Positions 52,664 to 64,000 of a stretch of DNA of 64,000 nucleotides are shown here, in pieces. Within the stretch, counting starts at the first letter, position 1, and each line of letters starts with the position of its first letter. The DNA comes from Harriotta raleighana (taxonomy: Eukaryota), in NCBI GenBank assembly GCA_050575255.1, contig JBNZDD010013676.1:423764-487763 (forward strand), given 5' to 3'. The translations under genes were made by a program, and so were the position numbers. Below the pieces are notes generated by a model. The model did no database searches. It was not told the origin of the DNA and worked only from the letters and a program-made list of their open reading frames with translations.

Positions 52664-52916
52664 GTAAGTGAACATGGTCAAGGACCCTACCCTGCATGAG
52701 CAACGCTGTAGAATGCTGCTGCTGTTGTTGTTGTTGTTGATGAATGAAGTCGCGATGGTTTTTGCTGCTTTGTATGAATTCTTTGTAGAACTAGGAATTA
52801 GCCATTGTCCCTCTCGGAACTAGAACTGGGTGTGAAATTGACACATCAAGAGATTTAATCATGATAATCCTTGCATTTGATATAGCCCCTCATTGCGTCC
52901 TCAAGACGTCTCAAAA

Positions 52917-53700
52917 CTCAGTGGTTAGAGCACTCGCCTTACAAGCGTGAGACCAGTGTTCGAATCCAGGCAGCTCAGGGCGAAACCTCTGACAGGTTTT
53001 CGTACTCCGCACATACGCCTAATAATAATCCGTTCCAAAAAAAATCACAATATTAAAAATTGGTCATTTTCAATCACCAAGACTGTTGGTGGGGACGCTG
53101 CTGTGCGCAATTGGCTGCCACGTTTCACCCACAAATATCCAGTCTATTCACTTTACAGTATATTCTGTGAAGCGCTTTGAGACATTGTTAGGATGGGAAA
53201 AGCGCTATATCAAATGCAAGGATTATTATTATTATTAAAGCGCTTCACAGAATATACGGTGAAGTGAACTGAGTGTGTATTTTGTGAACGAAATGTGGGT
53301 CTAAACCGTGTTCCATGTTCTCTCTGTAACGTGGCTTGATTGTACATTTTAATGGAGTCCCATAGCGTAGTGTAGTAGTTATTGCACTCGCCTCACAAGT
53401 GAGAGGACTGAGGGCAAAACCTTAGGCAACTTTCTTTACTTCACACACCTCTGCTTACCCAGCAGTAAGTAGAAACCCGGTTGTTAGTTGATTGGCGGAT
53501 CGCTTTTCCGGGGGGGAATAATTCCTCCAAAACAAAATAAATGAGTACAATTTGGTCACTCAATCCACGACTGTTTGTGGGAATTGGCTGCCACATTACA
53601 CGATCATTTAATTCACTTAATAATATACCGTATTCTGTAAAGTGCTTTGGGACGTCTCAACAATGTGATAAGATACCATATTAACTGCAAGCATTATTAT
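52917..53700 (+). mobile_element. SINE cluster in CALML6 intron 1 (short form 52917-53235, long form 53355-53700)
   Basis: Family head, core and tail. Confidence 0.85.
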
Positions 53701-53939
53701 ACGGGTACATTGCAAAGATTGGGATGTGATTGCAGTCTTTTCGATGTAGATCTTACCATTATTATGAGACATCATCAAACATTCATATGTGTAAATTCCC
53801 TTTCCAACAGAGCTTAACTAATCTGCCTCCTGTCTCCACAGTCAAACATTGTCAAACACTGCACTGTGTCTCAATAGTCTTCTGTGATCTTTTTAAACAA
53901 AGAGAAAGAAAAGAAAAGCAGTAATAATAATCAGTGCAT

Positions 53940-54300
53940 ATCACAACAACAAAATTACACTTGTATAGTGCCTTTCACATCGGGAGGACGTCCCAAAGCA
54001 CTGAACAGGTCGGGACCCGAGCAGGGGGTTTGGGTGAGGTGGGGGGACTGGGGGAGGGAGAGTGGGAGAGAGGGAAGAGTTAGGCGGGGAGCTGAAGACT
54101 CGGTCAAAGAGGAAGCCAGGCCTTGAAGGAGGAAAGGGAGGAAGTAAGGCGGAGGGACTGCAGGATGGAGCTCCAACGTGGGGGGCAGAGAGGCTGAAAG
54201 CCTGGCCACCAATGGTTTGGGGGTTTGGGTGGTGGACGCGGAGCAGGCCTGAGTCTGCTGAACGGAGGGTGCGGGCAGGCTGATAGGGAGACAGCAGGTC
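53940..54300 (-). mobile_element. L2 LINE 3' fragment
   Basis: DLLSPYQPARTLRSADSGLL...TIGGQAFS plus tail. Confidence 0.85.
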
Positions 54301-55094
54301 ACGTTGACGTCTCACAGCACTTCTCAGGATTTGCGTAAACTGTAATAACTGTGTGTTTGTAGGCGAATGCGGCGGCCCACTTGCGCACAGCGACTGCGTC
54401 TTTCATAAGTCATAGGGTTTTGAACCCTGGCAGCTATTCACGCTTCTAGTTTACATGGTGTTTTGGAATGTGCAATTCAAACTCCCAATGCTGTACACTT
54501 GACAGGCATGTGATCATATGGCATCATATAATGCGCTTTGAGACGTCTAGAAGATGTGAAAAGTGCTTATATCAGGTGCAAGGATTATTGTTATTACAGT
54601 ATTACCATAATCTTCTGTCTGTTATAAAGCCCTGACAGTGTGAGCTGCACAGAGCTTCTCGGGTTTGAAATTCAGTGAGTTGAATGAGGCACAGACCCAT
54701 TCTGTTGCATTCCCAACAATAACAACATGTTACATTTCTATAGCAACTTTCATTCGGGAGGATGTCCCAAGGTGCTGTCAAAGGTTCCGTCTTGCAGATG
54801 AGACATTAAACAGGGGCTCCCATAAGTTTCTTTATTAACAATTCCATGACGTTGTTGGAAACAGGATGGGAGGGAGGTTATTTTTGACGGGGCTGACAAT
54901 CCTCTATAATTTGTTTAATCACCTCAGAGCTGTGTGTGGTGTGTGTGGTGTGTGGTGTGTGTGTGTGGTTTTGCTGGGCAGTAACTGGCTGTCACAATTG
55001 CCCACAAAAAAAAAGCCTATGAAGCTCATTGATGTGTTTGAATTTAAACGTGCTGTGAAAATGGTTCCTTCCTTTCTTTACTTATTGACGCAGA

Positions 55095-55437
55095 ACCCTG
55101 TAGCTCAGTGGTTAGCGCGTTCGCCTTGTAAGAATGGGGTCCTTGGGTGAAATATTAGGCTACTTTCCTGACTCCGTTACCTCTGTTTAACTAGCAAAAA
55201 GTAGGAATCCAGTTGTTGGCGGATCACTTTTCTGGGGATTATAATCCCTAAAACATATTCAATTAATTTGGTCACTCAATCCATCCGTGTGTGTGGGACG
55301 CTGCTGTGCGCAATTGGCTGCTGCATTTGGACCACAAATATACAGTCAATTCACTTTAAACTATATTTCTGTGAAGCGTTTTCGGACGACTGGAGACATG
55401 ATAAGGTCCTACTATTAATTGCAAGGATTATTATTAA
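55095..55437 (+). mobile_element. tRNA-derived SINE, long form
   Basis: Head gtagctcagtggttagcgcgttcgcc, internal segment, core and tail. Confidence 0.82.
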
Positions 55438-55914
55438 TCCTTTCTTACAACAACAAAAATAAATGACGTTTACACGGCATCTCCCATGTTGGGAGAACAT
55501 CTCAAGGCCCTGGACAGTTTGGACTCGAGCTGGGGGTCGGAATCAAGAGGCATGGAGGTCAGACAGGATAGGGTTAAGAGGACCCAAGACACGGTCGAAC
55601 AGAAGGGTCTTGAGACAGGATTTGAAGGAGGCAGAGGAGGGAGTTTGGGGTGGAGTTCGAGAGGGTGGGACAGGAGACTGCTGATGGTGGGTTGGACTTG
55701 AGGGGAGATACCTTCAACTGGGAGAACAGGTGGCATCTCTGGTGTGCCTCAGGAATAGTATCTGGCTGATCACAGATGGTCGTCTAGAAGCCAAGCACAT
55801 CTCACAAATGCCTTCTTCCCTTTCCAGCCCAACATCCAGATAGGCCACCAAGCGTGGGGTAGTGGCTCCCTCTAGTGGAACCGATCAGAATAGCTTCCAA
55901 GTTGTAGCTAAGAT

Positions 55915-56175
55915 TGAGCTGGGACCTATCCTCTTCACTCAGAGGATAGTGAATTTATGGAATTCACCATCCAAGAAGGCTGTGGATGCTCAGTCCTTGA
56001 ACATTTTCAAGGACTGAGCATAGATAGATTTTCTTTTAAATAGAGGGATTCGGGGATATGGCAGGTAATTAGAGTTAGGTCAGAAGATCAGCCATGATCT
56101 TATTGAATGGCGGGACAGGCTCGAAGGGCCGATTAGCCTACTCCTGCTCCTAATTATTATGATCTTATGTTCTTA
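55915..56175 (+). mobile_element. CR1 LINE 3' end
   Basis: ttcactcagagg..gtgaat.tatggaattc ... gatcagccatgatcttattgaatggcgg...ctactcctgctcctaat...ttatgttctta. Confidence 0.8.
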
Positions 56176-56345
56176 ACATCCACCAGAACAGACACAGACT
56201 CGGGGAGACCAGGTCTAAAGTCTTATTCCAAGAACGGCACGTCCAACAATACAGCGCATTCTCTCTCTCTCTCTCTCTCTCCGCACTTGGCACTGGGCTG
56301 GAGGACAGATAGTTTAATTCTAACTCTTCTTTTTCTTCGTCAAAG

Positions 56346-56520
56346 GCGACAACACTGTCCCCCGAGCAGATCACAGAGTACAAGGGAGTGTTCGAGATGT
56401 TCGATGAGGAAGGCAACGGTTTGGTGAAGACAGATGAACTGACCAGGCTGATGAGTCTGTTGGGCATCAATCCCACCAAGCGGGACCTGGCAAAGATGGC
56501 CCAAGACGTCGACAAAGACG
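56346..56520 (+). CDS. CALML6: Calglandulin/CALML6 exon 2 (ATTLSPEQITEYKGVFEMFDEEGNGLVKTDELTRLMSLLGINPTKRDLAKMAQDVDKD)
   Basis: 175 nt, pyrimidine tract + AAG acceptor, GTGAG donor; EF-hand 1 and start of EF-hand 2. Confidence 0.95.
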
Positions 56521-56714
56521 GTGAGAAACCCGAGCTTTCGCCCACAAAACATACAGTCAATTCACTTGGTGGTGGATATTTGCCTCACAGTGAAGCGCGT
56601 TTATCAGGTCCCGAAGACGTGATAAGGCTCTGTATCAAATGTCAAGGATTATTATGGTTAATTCCTTGTTCCCGGGCACAGCAGCTCATGGCTTTGTGTG
56701 TCACCGTGTGGTTA

Positions 56715-56993
56715 ATAATAAGAAGAAGAATCCTTGCATTTGATATAGCGCTTTTCATGTTTTCTAGATGTCTCAAAACATTTCACAGAATATACTGTAA
56801 AGTGAATTGGCTGTATACATGTGGGCGAAACGCAGCAGCCATTTGCGCCCAGCAGCGTCCCACAAACAGTCGTGGATTTGTGGTATTATTAGTTTTAGGT
56901 GAGTGGAGTAAGGAAACTTGCCCAAGGTTTCGCACTGACCTGCCTGGATTCGAACACAGAGTGTCACGCTTGTAAGGCGAGTGCTCTAACCAC
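56715..56993 (-). mobile_element. tRNA-derived SINE, short form, near-consensus
   Basis: Complete reverse-complement copy in CALML6 intron 2. Confidence 0.88.
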
Positions 56994-57122
56994 TTCAGGT
57001 CTCATTCATCCCCACTGATTCAACACTGGATCCTCTCTGGAGGAAGTGCAATGTTGAGGGAGTACAACATTGGTCAGATTTGTAAAATAAACCATTTGAA
57101 ATCCAATTTACTTGCTTGACAG

Positions 57123-57267
57123 GTAAAGGCATCTTCAACTGTGACAGCTTCATTGTGCTGATGGGAGAATACCACGAAAAGTCCAAGAACCAGGATGCAG
57201 AGCTGAGGGCGGCTTTCAAAGTGTTTGATCAAGAATCAAAGGGTTACATCGAATGGAACACTCTAAA
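57123..57267 (+). CDS. CALML6: Calglandulin/CALML6 exon 3 (GKGIFNCDSFIVLMGEYHEKSKNQDAELRAAFKVFDQESKGYIEWNTLK)
   Basis: 145 nt, CAG/GTAAGT boundaries; calglandulin-type FNCD.F..LMG.YHEK and GYIEW.TLK motifs. Confidence 0.95.
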
Positions 57268-57504
57268 GTAAGTCGCTGGGCCATGCTCTACACTCATCAG
57301 AATTTAACAAAGATCCCAGGATAGGCTGAATGGCCTCCTTCTGTGCTGCTGCAATACTCTAGGATTCTATCCTATGATAAGGATTTGCAGGACGAAGAGA
57401 ATGTTTTTCTCTCTCTTTAGTTATGGCACTTCACACATGCTCAGAGACCTGTTACAAACAGATTGAGAATAATAATACAGTACTAGAATAATACACCAAT
57501 AGGT

Positions 57505-57850
57505 GGAATCCTGCAGCTCTGTGGTGGGCGCACTCGCCTTGCAAGCGAGGGACCTGGGTTCAATTCCAGCCAGGGCACGTTTCCTTACTCCACATCCCTG
57601 ATAACAACAACAACAACATTACATTTATGGAGTGCCTTTCACGTCGGAATAATAATCCCTTTAACCCAAACAATAAATCAGTCATTTCAATCCACAACTG
57701 TTTGTGGGGACGCTGCTGTGCGAAATTGGCTGCCGCGTTTCGCCACAAAATATAAAGTCAATTCACTTTACAGTATATTCTGTGAAGCGCTTTGAGACGT
57801 CTAGAAGGCGTGAAAAGCGTTATGTCAAATGCAAGAACTATTATTATTGT
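57505..57850 (+). mobile_element. tRNA-derived SINE with a small L2-tail insert
   Basis: Near-consensus tail gcgctttgagacgtctagaaggcgtgaaaagcg; L2 tail fragment at 57600-57648. Confidence 0.85.
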
Positions 57851-58821
57851 TGTCCAAATTCACAATGCAACAAAGCAGGATTGATACTCAGGTCACGGCC
57901 AGCAGAGGTCGCCCTTACACCTCAAATCCAGCCTCCTTCAATCATCTCCTTCCACCCAACAATTGTGCACCTTGTAAACCTCACCAACAGTCACTGTATG
58001 TTTCTCCCTCTTCAGCAGAGTTATTCCTTAATCAATGCTATAGAGCGGAGGGGAACTTTCCCTCGACCATCCTCAAACTTAGCCACGTATACCAACACCC
58101 AGTCACTGCACAATGCTGTGCTTACACTTCATGGTAAAAACCTCCAAGGCACTTAAGACATTAATGTGTTGTATCAAATGCAAGACGTGTCACTCTTATG
58201 TGTTAATCCATTCCCGAACTGATTCCTATGCTACAAAGGTAATACGAATAAATTTGTATAAAATTGACTTTAAACATTTTATTTATGATCTAACTTTGCT
58301 GTGGTACATAATGCTCCAAAATAACTCATCATCTCAGTAAAGAGTTACACTTTGGGCAATTAACCTGTTAAGGCAAACTAGTTTATCATTTCCTCACCCT
58401 ATTTTGCATTTCCCTTAATACCTGTGCATTTAATCCCTAGTGAATTTCACAAATCACAGCAAAAATTCACTCTATGGCATATTCTGAGAAACACTTTGAG
58501 AAAGCTCAAAGATGTTATAACAACAACAAAATTACATTTGTACAGCGCCCTTCACGTCACAAAATGCTATAACAAACAAGGATTATTCTTATTATTACAC
58601 TCATTGTGCTACATATCGGGCAACTGTGGGGGTAAATATGCAATGGAGGAATGTGGTAATTATCATAACCATATTGTATCTTTCCCCTACAACTGATTAT
58701 CACTGAACCATAGCAACTAAATATCTCCACTCATCACCACTGATTTTTCCACTGTGATTGAGCAAAGCAACTGATTGGCTTTTTGGCTGTAACCTCACAC
58801 TGACGTGCGTTTCGGTGTCAG

Positions 58822-58922
58822 GTACGTGCTCATGAGTGTGGGGGAGCCCTTCAACGAGGTAGAGGCCGAGCAAATGATGAAAGAAGCCGACAAGGACGGA
58901 GATGGAACCATTGACTATGAAG
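58822..58922 (+). CDS. CALML6: Calglandulin/CALML6 exon 4 (YVLMSVGEPFNEVEAEQMMKEADKDGDGTIDYE)
   Basis: 101 nt, CAG/GTAGAG boundaries; canonical EF-hand loop DKDGDGTIDYEE. Confidence 0.95.
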
Positions 58923-59489
58923 GTAGAGCACAGAGTAACTGGGGTGTAGTGATTTGTCTACCGCTTGACTCACTTCATCAGGAGGTGGAGGCGATTGCGA
59001 CTGGAAGGGAGAAGCGGGAGTTTTGGAATGAATGCATTCAGCTGGGGGGGGAGGGGGTGGGGGATGAGTGTTATCAGGATGCGGACACAGGATGTTTAGT
59101 GGGGAGTTTGGAAAAGGATTTCAATTGTTTTATGGCTGGAGGCTTGGCCACCAATGGTGGGACAGATGGAACGAGGAACAGGCAAGAGGCAATAATTGGG
59201 AGAGAGGAAGGAATGTAGATGGGAGGATTGGAAGAGATTGCAAAGCGAGAGAGTGGGGGAGAGACTGTGAGGAGAATTGATGATTGGGTCAAAAATCTTA
59301 AAGGATGGATTGGGATATTGGGAGTCAATGGAGTCTGGCTGAGAAGGAATGAGAGCTGGAGTCTAGTGCGAGAGAGAATATGGAGGGCATGAAATTGGGA
59401 GTTTGTGAATTTAGGAGCTGGGGAGAGTATCGAGGAGACCAGCTGAAGAAATGACAAGGACTGAAATCTCATTATCTTTTCTTCTCCAG

Positions 59490-59536
59490 AGTTTGTGGCA
59501 ATGATGACTGGCGAGTCCTTCAAGCTGATCCAGTGA
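59490..59536 (+). CDS. CALML6: Calglandulin/CALML6 last coding exon (EFVAMMTGESFKLIQ*)
   Basis: 47 nt after ttttcttctccag. Total CDS 471 nt = 156 aa; the MMTGESFKL tail is characteristic of calglandulin/CALML6. Confidence 0.95.
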
Positions 59537-59740
59537 ACATCACCCAAAGCCAGGGTTCCTTCCAACTCGACAACCACTTCGCCCCCAACCACCCACCCAC
59601 CCACCCCAGGTCACATCCCCCTGTTCAGCCCATCAATGTTTACATACAGCCCAGTCCACAAACACTGGACTCAAAAGTACACAACTCCCAAGCTCATCCA
59701 ATGCAGGATTTTGTGCTTTATAGCCTGATGACGTTCAATC

Positions 59741-59759
59741 AATAAATCATTTTAATAAA
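59741..59759 (+). terminator. CALML6 polyadenylation signals (AATAAA x2)
   Basis: AATAAA at 59741-59746 and 59754-59759, about 200 nt after the stop. Confidence 0.7.
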
Positions 59760-60035
59760 TATATTTTAAAGTGATTTGACTGTGTGTTTTGTGGGTGAAA
59801 TGCAGCAGCCATTTGCGCACAGCAGGGCTCCCACAAACAGTTTTCTGTGGGTATCTTCCTACAAAACCACAATTATTACACTTGGCAGTGATTAACTGTT
59901 AGAATTGCTTTGAAATGCTGGTTTTACAGGTACCACAAGGCCCGGGAGAATTATTATTATTAATAACCGTGAAAAAATATATTCCCAGCAGTTAAAAAGA
60001 CGTAACGAGATTTATCGATTCAATTTCAGTGCACA

Positions 60036-60041
60036 TTTATT
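60036..60041 (-). terminator. Probable TMEM52 polyadenylation signal (3'UTR about 1.85 kb)
   Basis: First clear minus-strand AATAAA I found downstream of the stop. Confidence 0.55.
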
Positions 60042-60321
60042 CTCATTACAATCAGAACTCTCTGTGCCTCAAACCATAAATACTTCATTTCTATTATATT
60101 AAAAAAAGTACGACTTTACACATCGTCGTAATTCATTAATCCATAAACAGGTAGGTGCGTGCAAAAAAAAAAACCTTTGGATTGCGATATCTCCGCATTC
60201 GTGTAAACAATAGGTTATCAACACTTTCTGCTGAGTTGCCAAAAATCCGGTCGTGCATATTTTAATCCGCTTTCGAACGTCATCGACTGAGGTGACAAGT
60301 TATTCGATGTGTGAGAAATCA

Positions 60322-60640
60322 TAATAATAACCCTTGCATTTGATAAAGTGCTTTTCACATTTTATCGATGTCGCAAAGCACTTCACAGAATATATTGTAA
60401 AGTGAATTGACTGGATATTTGTGGGCGAAACGTGGCAGCCGATTGTGCACAGCAGCGTCCACCACAAACAGTCGTGGATTGAAATGACCCGATTTTTTTT
60501 TTTCTCTCTCTCTCTCTAGAGAGAAATTATTATTAGATGTGTGGAGTAAGGAAACTTGCTCAAGGTTTTGCCCTGCCAGGATTCAAACCCAGATCTCTCA
60601 CTCACAAAACGAGTGCTCTAACCACTGAGCTACACGACTC
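60322..60640 (-). mobile_element. SINE inside the predicted TMEM52 3'UTR
   Basis: Full-length reverse-complement copy. Confidence 0.85.
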
Positions 60641-61872
60641 CCTTAAACATCCACTTGACGAAGGAACCATTGGATTGTCAAGAGATTCCTTCCTTTGAAT
60701 GAAACGGTCAAACCGGGATCCCCTCCCCTGCCTGTTGAGGCGAAGGTGGGGGGGTAAAATTTCCCGTGGTTTAGTCGAAAGAGAGAAGAGAGTTTCTGCC
60801 GGTAGTTGAACTGCAACAAACTGCCAGTTCAATTTTAATCTTGCTGTGAGCAAAGAGGACATTTGCCATAAATGCGGTAATGACATACGACAACAAGTCA
60901 CTGTCAGGGACTCTTGAGACACTGACTCGCTGAATAAAACAGCAACAAAAGTTCCTCTTTTAAGTTGAAGAACCAATGTGAATGTTGGCGACAGTAAAGA
61001 GAATATTGTGACACTAATGGATAATGTGCAAATCCATTTGTTTTGGTTCCACTGATAACAATGAGACTCGTTACACAGAATTTCACCCAACCCTATGGGA
61101 ACTTTGGCAGAAACATCCCATTTGAGTGAGAGCATTGTTCCATTTGGGATCACAGTTTAGAGAGTCCTGAAGTTGGCAAAAAAAAAAATTTTTTAAACAC
61201 AGTCCAAACTTTGCTCAGCCCGTCACCCAGCATGTAGTGGGGGAGGGGGGGGTGGGTGGGTCCTTAATCAAACAACTACGGTTTGGTCACATAGCAGTTC
61301 AGCAAACAGTAAAGGATTGTGGCTCCAGTCACAGTTAGCCTATAAAATACAATTAAAAAATGACATTGACACAGCGTCTTTCACGGTGGGAGGACGTCCC
61401 AAAGCGCTGGATAATCAGTGATTTGGAATAAAAATGAGTCACTGAAGCCACTGTCACACACACACACACACCAACAACTAATTATAATTCATGTCCCAAA
61501 GCATATGAACAAACACAAAAATTGCACAAGTGTGACAGACATCTAAACATTTCCTCTTTCCACGTAGGCCCGACTTTTGCACCAATGATCCTTCAGTTGG
61601 GTTTGAACACTCGACACAGTGGCCAGTGATTAAAACACTGGTCTGATCGGACAGTTCATGTTTCATTACTTAGTAATGGGATTTGTCACTCCAGCAATGT
61701 GCTGGGAATGTCCTGGGAACGCTTCCCACCAACGACCCGACTCACACCATCATTGTTAAAATAATCCTTTCCTACACCCGAGGAAGGCACCTTGAGGTTT
61801 CCTTGACTTCAGTTGGCTTGGCACAATTCATACCAAAATTGAGATCAAAGTCTTCAAAACTTGCCTCGTGAA

Positions 61873-62123
61873 CTAGGAGGATGAAGGCAAAGGCTCCTCC
61901 ACTGTCTCCTGTGTTGAGCTTGTCTCTTCGTTGATTTTCTGATCACTAGGCTTCTGCAGTGGATGGTAGATGTCCAAGGGTATCTCCATTTTGAGGGCCT
62001 CGTCGTACGTTGGGGGGGTTTCGATGGCATACAGACTGTAGGGCGGAGGAGCCATGACAAAGCTGCTATTTGGGATGGAAACGTGGTCGCTGCTGGCCGG
62101 AGTGTAATGCAGAGAAATATTCG
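61873..62123 (-). CDS. TMEM52: TMEM52 last coding exon (ANISLHY...MAPPPYSLYAIETPPTYDEALKM...PSSS*)
   Basis: 251 nt after ctctgtag; tandem PPxY motifs (PPPY, PPTY); TAG at 61875-61873. Confidence 0.9.
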
Positions 62124-62257
62124 CTACAGAGGAACAAAAACAATCCATGTTAAATTTACGTTCCCGGCTCTTTTGCTCAACAGACTCTTGTTTTTGCTCC
62201 TCGCATACTTGGAATTAATGGTACGTGATTCGCAAATCACAATCTACTGTTATCTTT

Positions 62258-62625
62258 ATAATAATAATCATTGCATTTCATTTAGTGCCTCATCACATTG
62301 TTGAGACGTCTCCGAGTGCTTCACCTAATATACTGTAAAGTGAATTGACTGTATTGTGGGTGAAACACGGTAGCCAATTGGGGACAGCAGGGTCCCCACA
62401 AACAGCCATGGGTTGAATGACCATTTGCTTTGAGGGAGGGAAAAGAGGGATTACTACACCCAGAAACAATCCGCAATTGATTAACAACTGGGTTCCTACT
62501 TACTGCTAGATAAACAGAGACTGTGGAATAAGGAAACGTGCCTAAGGTTTTGCACAGCCCGGGATTTGAACCTGGGTCCTCTCGCTTGCAAGGCGAGTGC
62601 TCTAACCACCACGCTGCGGGAATCC
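62258..62625 (-). mobile_element. Long-form SINE in a TMEM52 intron
   Basis: Head, internal segment, core and tail. Similar copies at 640-990(+), 5630-5955(-), 40770-41150(-) and 63230-63550(-). Confidence 0.85.
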
Positions 62626-62723
62626 CAGTTATCCTTTATTCAGGAGGTGGCGTCGGAAAGAAACGGGGGTGAAAAAAGGAGAGGAAATTAAAAATAAAGC
62701 CAACAAACGAATAAGACCCTCAC

Positions 62724-62884
62724 CTGGCACACTGCTGTCAGTCTCGGTCTCGACGCCGATCACAGTCACTTCGCAAGACTGAGTGGAGAAATTGGGCACC
62801 TGGGGCTTGGCTCTTCTGCAGCACTTGACACAACTGGCCGTCACCCCACACAACAGCAGCAGGAACACTGTCAGCAAGATCAGC
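62724..62884 (-). CDS. TMEM52: TMEM52 transmembrane exon (LILLTVFLLLLCGVTASCVKCCRRAKPQVPNFSTQSCEVTVIGVETETDSSVP)
   Basis: 161 nt, CAG/GTGAG boundaries; TM helix followed by CG.TA.CV.C; syntenic position next to CALML6. Confidence 0.9.
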
Positions 62885-63626
62885 CTGGGGGACACAACGA
62901 GAAAATAGCCCTGGATTAATAACCAGCTACAGTGTCAACTCTGGGAGTAATCCCAGGTCCCCACCCTGCTCTCCAGCTTTCCTTATCCCAAGCCCCCACC
63001 TTCTCGGGAGCACACCCTTCACTGTCCTCAAGACTTTGGGACGTTCTCCTGATATGAAAGGCGCTGGGTAAACCTAACTTGTGGCTGCTGTTGCTTTCCA
63101 ATAATAATAATAATAAATCATATTATTGCATATTGATATAGCGCCTGATNTATGAAAGGCGCTGGGTAAACCTAACTTGTGGCTGCTGTTGCTTTCCAAT
63201 AATAATAATAATAATAAATCATATTATTGCATATTGATATAGCGCCTGATCACCTCGTTGAGACATCTCAAAGCGCTTCACAGGCTAGATTGTAAAGTGA
63301 ATTCGCTGTATATTTTGTGGGAGAAACGCAGCAGCCAATTGCACACCATAAACAGTCATGGATTCAGTGACCAAATTATTATAATTAATTTGGAGATGTT
63401 TATTACCACCCAGAAAACGATCCACCGAGTTCCTACTCACTGGGGAGTGAGCAAACGGGGAATGAAAAGTAAGGAAACTTGCCTAAGGCTCTCACCCCGC
63501 CCAGGAATCCAACCCGGGTCTCCTCGCTTGCGAGGCGAGTGCTCTAACTAGGATTTATCTGGCACTCTTTCACGGGCTGGGGTCTCGAGAGAGAGAGCTT
63601 TGAAGCAGGTATAAAATGACACTCAC

Positions 63627-63662
63627 CACACATACCACAGGTTGGTCCAGTTGGAAGAGCAG
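63627..63662 (-). CDS. TMEM52: TMEM52 internal exon (CSSNWTNLWYVW); upstream exons lie beyond the window
   Basis: 36 nt, CAG/GTGAGT boundaries; W..LWYVW juxtamembrane motif of the TMEM52 family. Confidence 0.85.
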
Positions 63663-64000
63663 CTGTTGAATTGAAACACACACAAAAAAACTTCATTTAA
63701 AAAATGGTTTATTTTAAAATCATGTAATACTAAAAATAGAGACTTTCAATCTCTCCCCCCCCCTCCCCCCCACTGAAGGGGAGTGGGAAAGGTAGAAGAA
63801 AATAGATCAGAATTAAGAAGCAGAACAGTGCTGGATCCTAGCTCTCACTTTAGTGTTTGAAATCAATCAATAAAACGCAAAAATAAATAACTTGACAGTC
63901 ACTGTATGTCTCTGTGTGTTAGTGAGTGTAAATGCTTTAAGAGAAAGATTTGTACAATAAATGTAAGGATTATTATTATTACAACATCAAAATTATTATT

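Noticed and set aside
56388-56975. 195-aa ORF with an EF-hand start and a novel C-terminus
   Set aside because: CALML6 exon 2 read through its GT donor into SINE sequence. The same applies to ORF 58805..59218.
63053-63250. ~98-bp direct repeat differing by one AAT unit
   Set aside because: Centred on the N at 63150; probably two haplotypes of one locus.

Overview
Eukaryotic (vertebrate) genomic DNA. The repeat content suggests a cartilaginous fish, probably a chimaera/holocephalan; this is inferred, not proven. Three spliced genes can be reconstructed by hand. (1) GNB1 (G-protein beta-1) on the minus strand: 9 coding exons, 1023 nt/340 aa, a separate 3'UTR exon, candidate non-coding 5' exons and a CpG/NRF1 promoter near 40.2-40.6 kb. 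(2) CALML6/calglandulin on the plus strand: 5 coding exons, 471 nt/156 aa, with a muscle-type promoter motif cluster. (3) The last three coding exons of TMEM52 on the minus strand. Order and orientation match human 1p36.33 as I recall it. The rest is dense in a tRNA-Val-derived SINE family, L2 and CR1 LINE fragments, three TA-flanked Tigger/pogo-like MITEs nested in older retroposons, and a Penelope-like end with a decayed hammerhead motif. Almost all supplied ORFs are spurious or exon read-through. Four N-centred duplications look like assembly artefacts. I found no convincing new multi-gene system. The best leads are small: a candidate intronic C/D snoRNA, an 80-nt intronic hairpin, a covarying SINE/LINE 3' stem-loop, and the conserved GNB1 3'UTR end.
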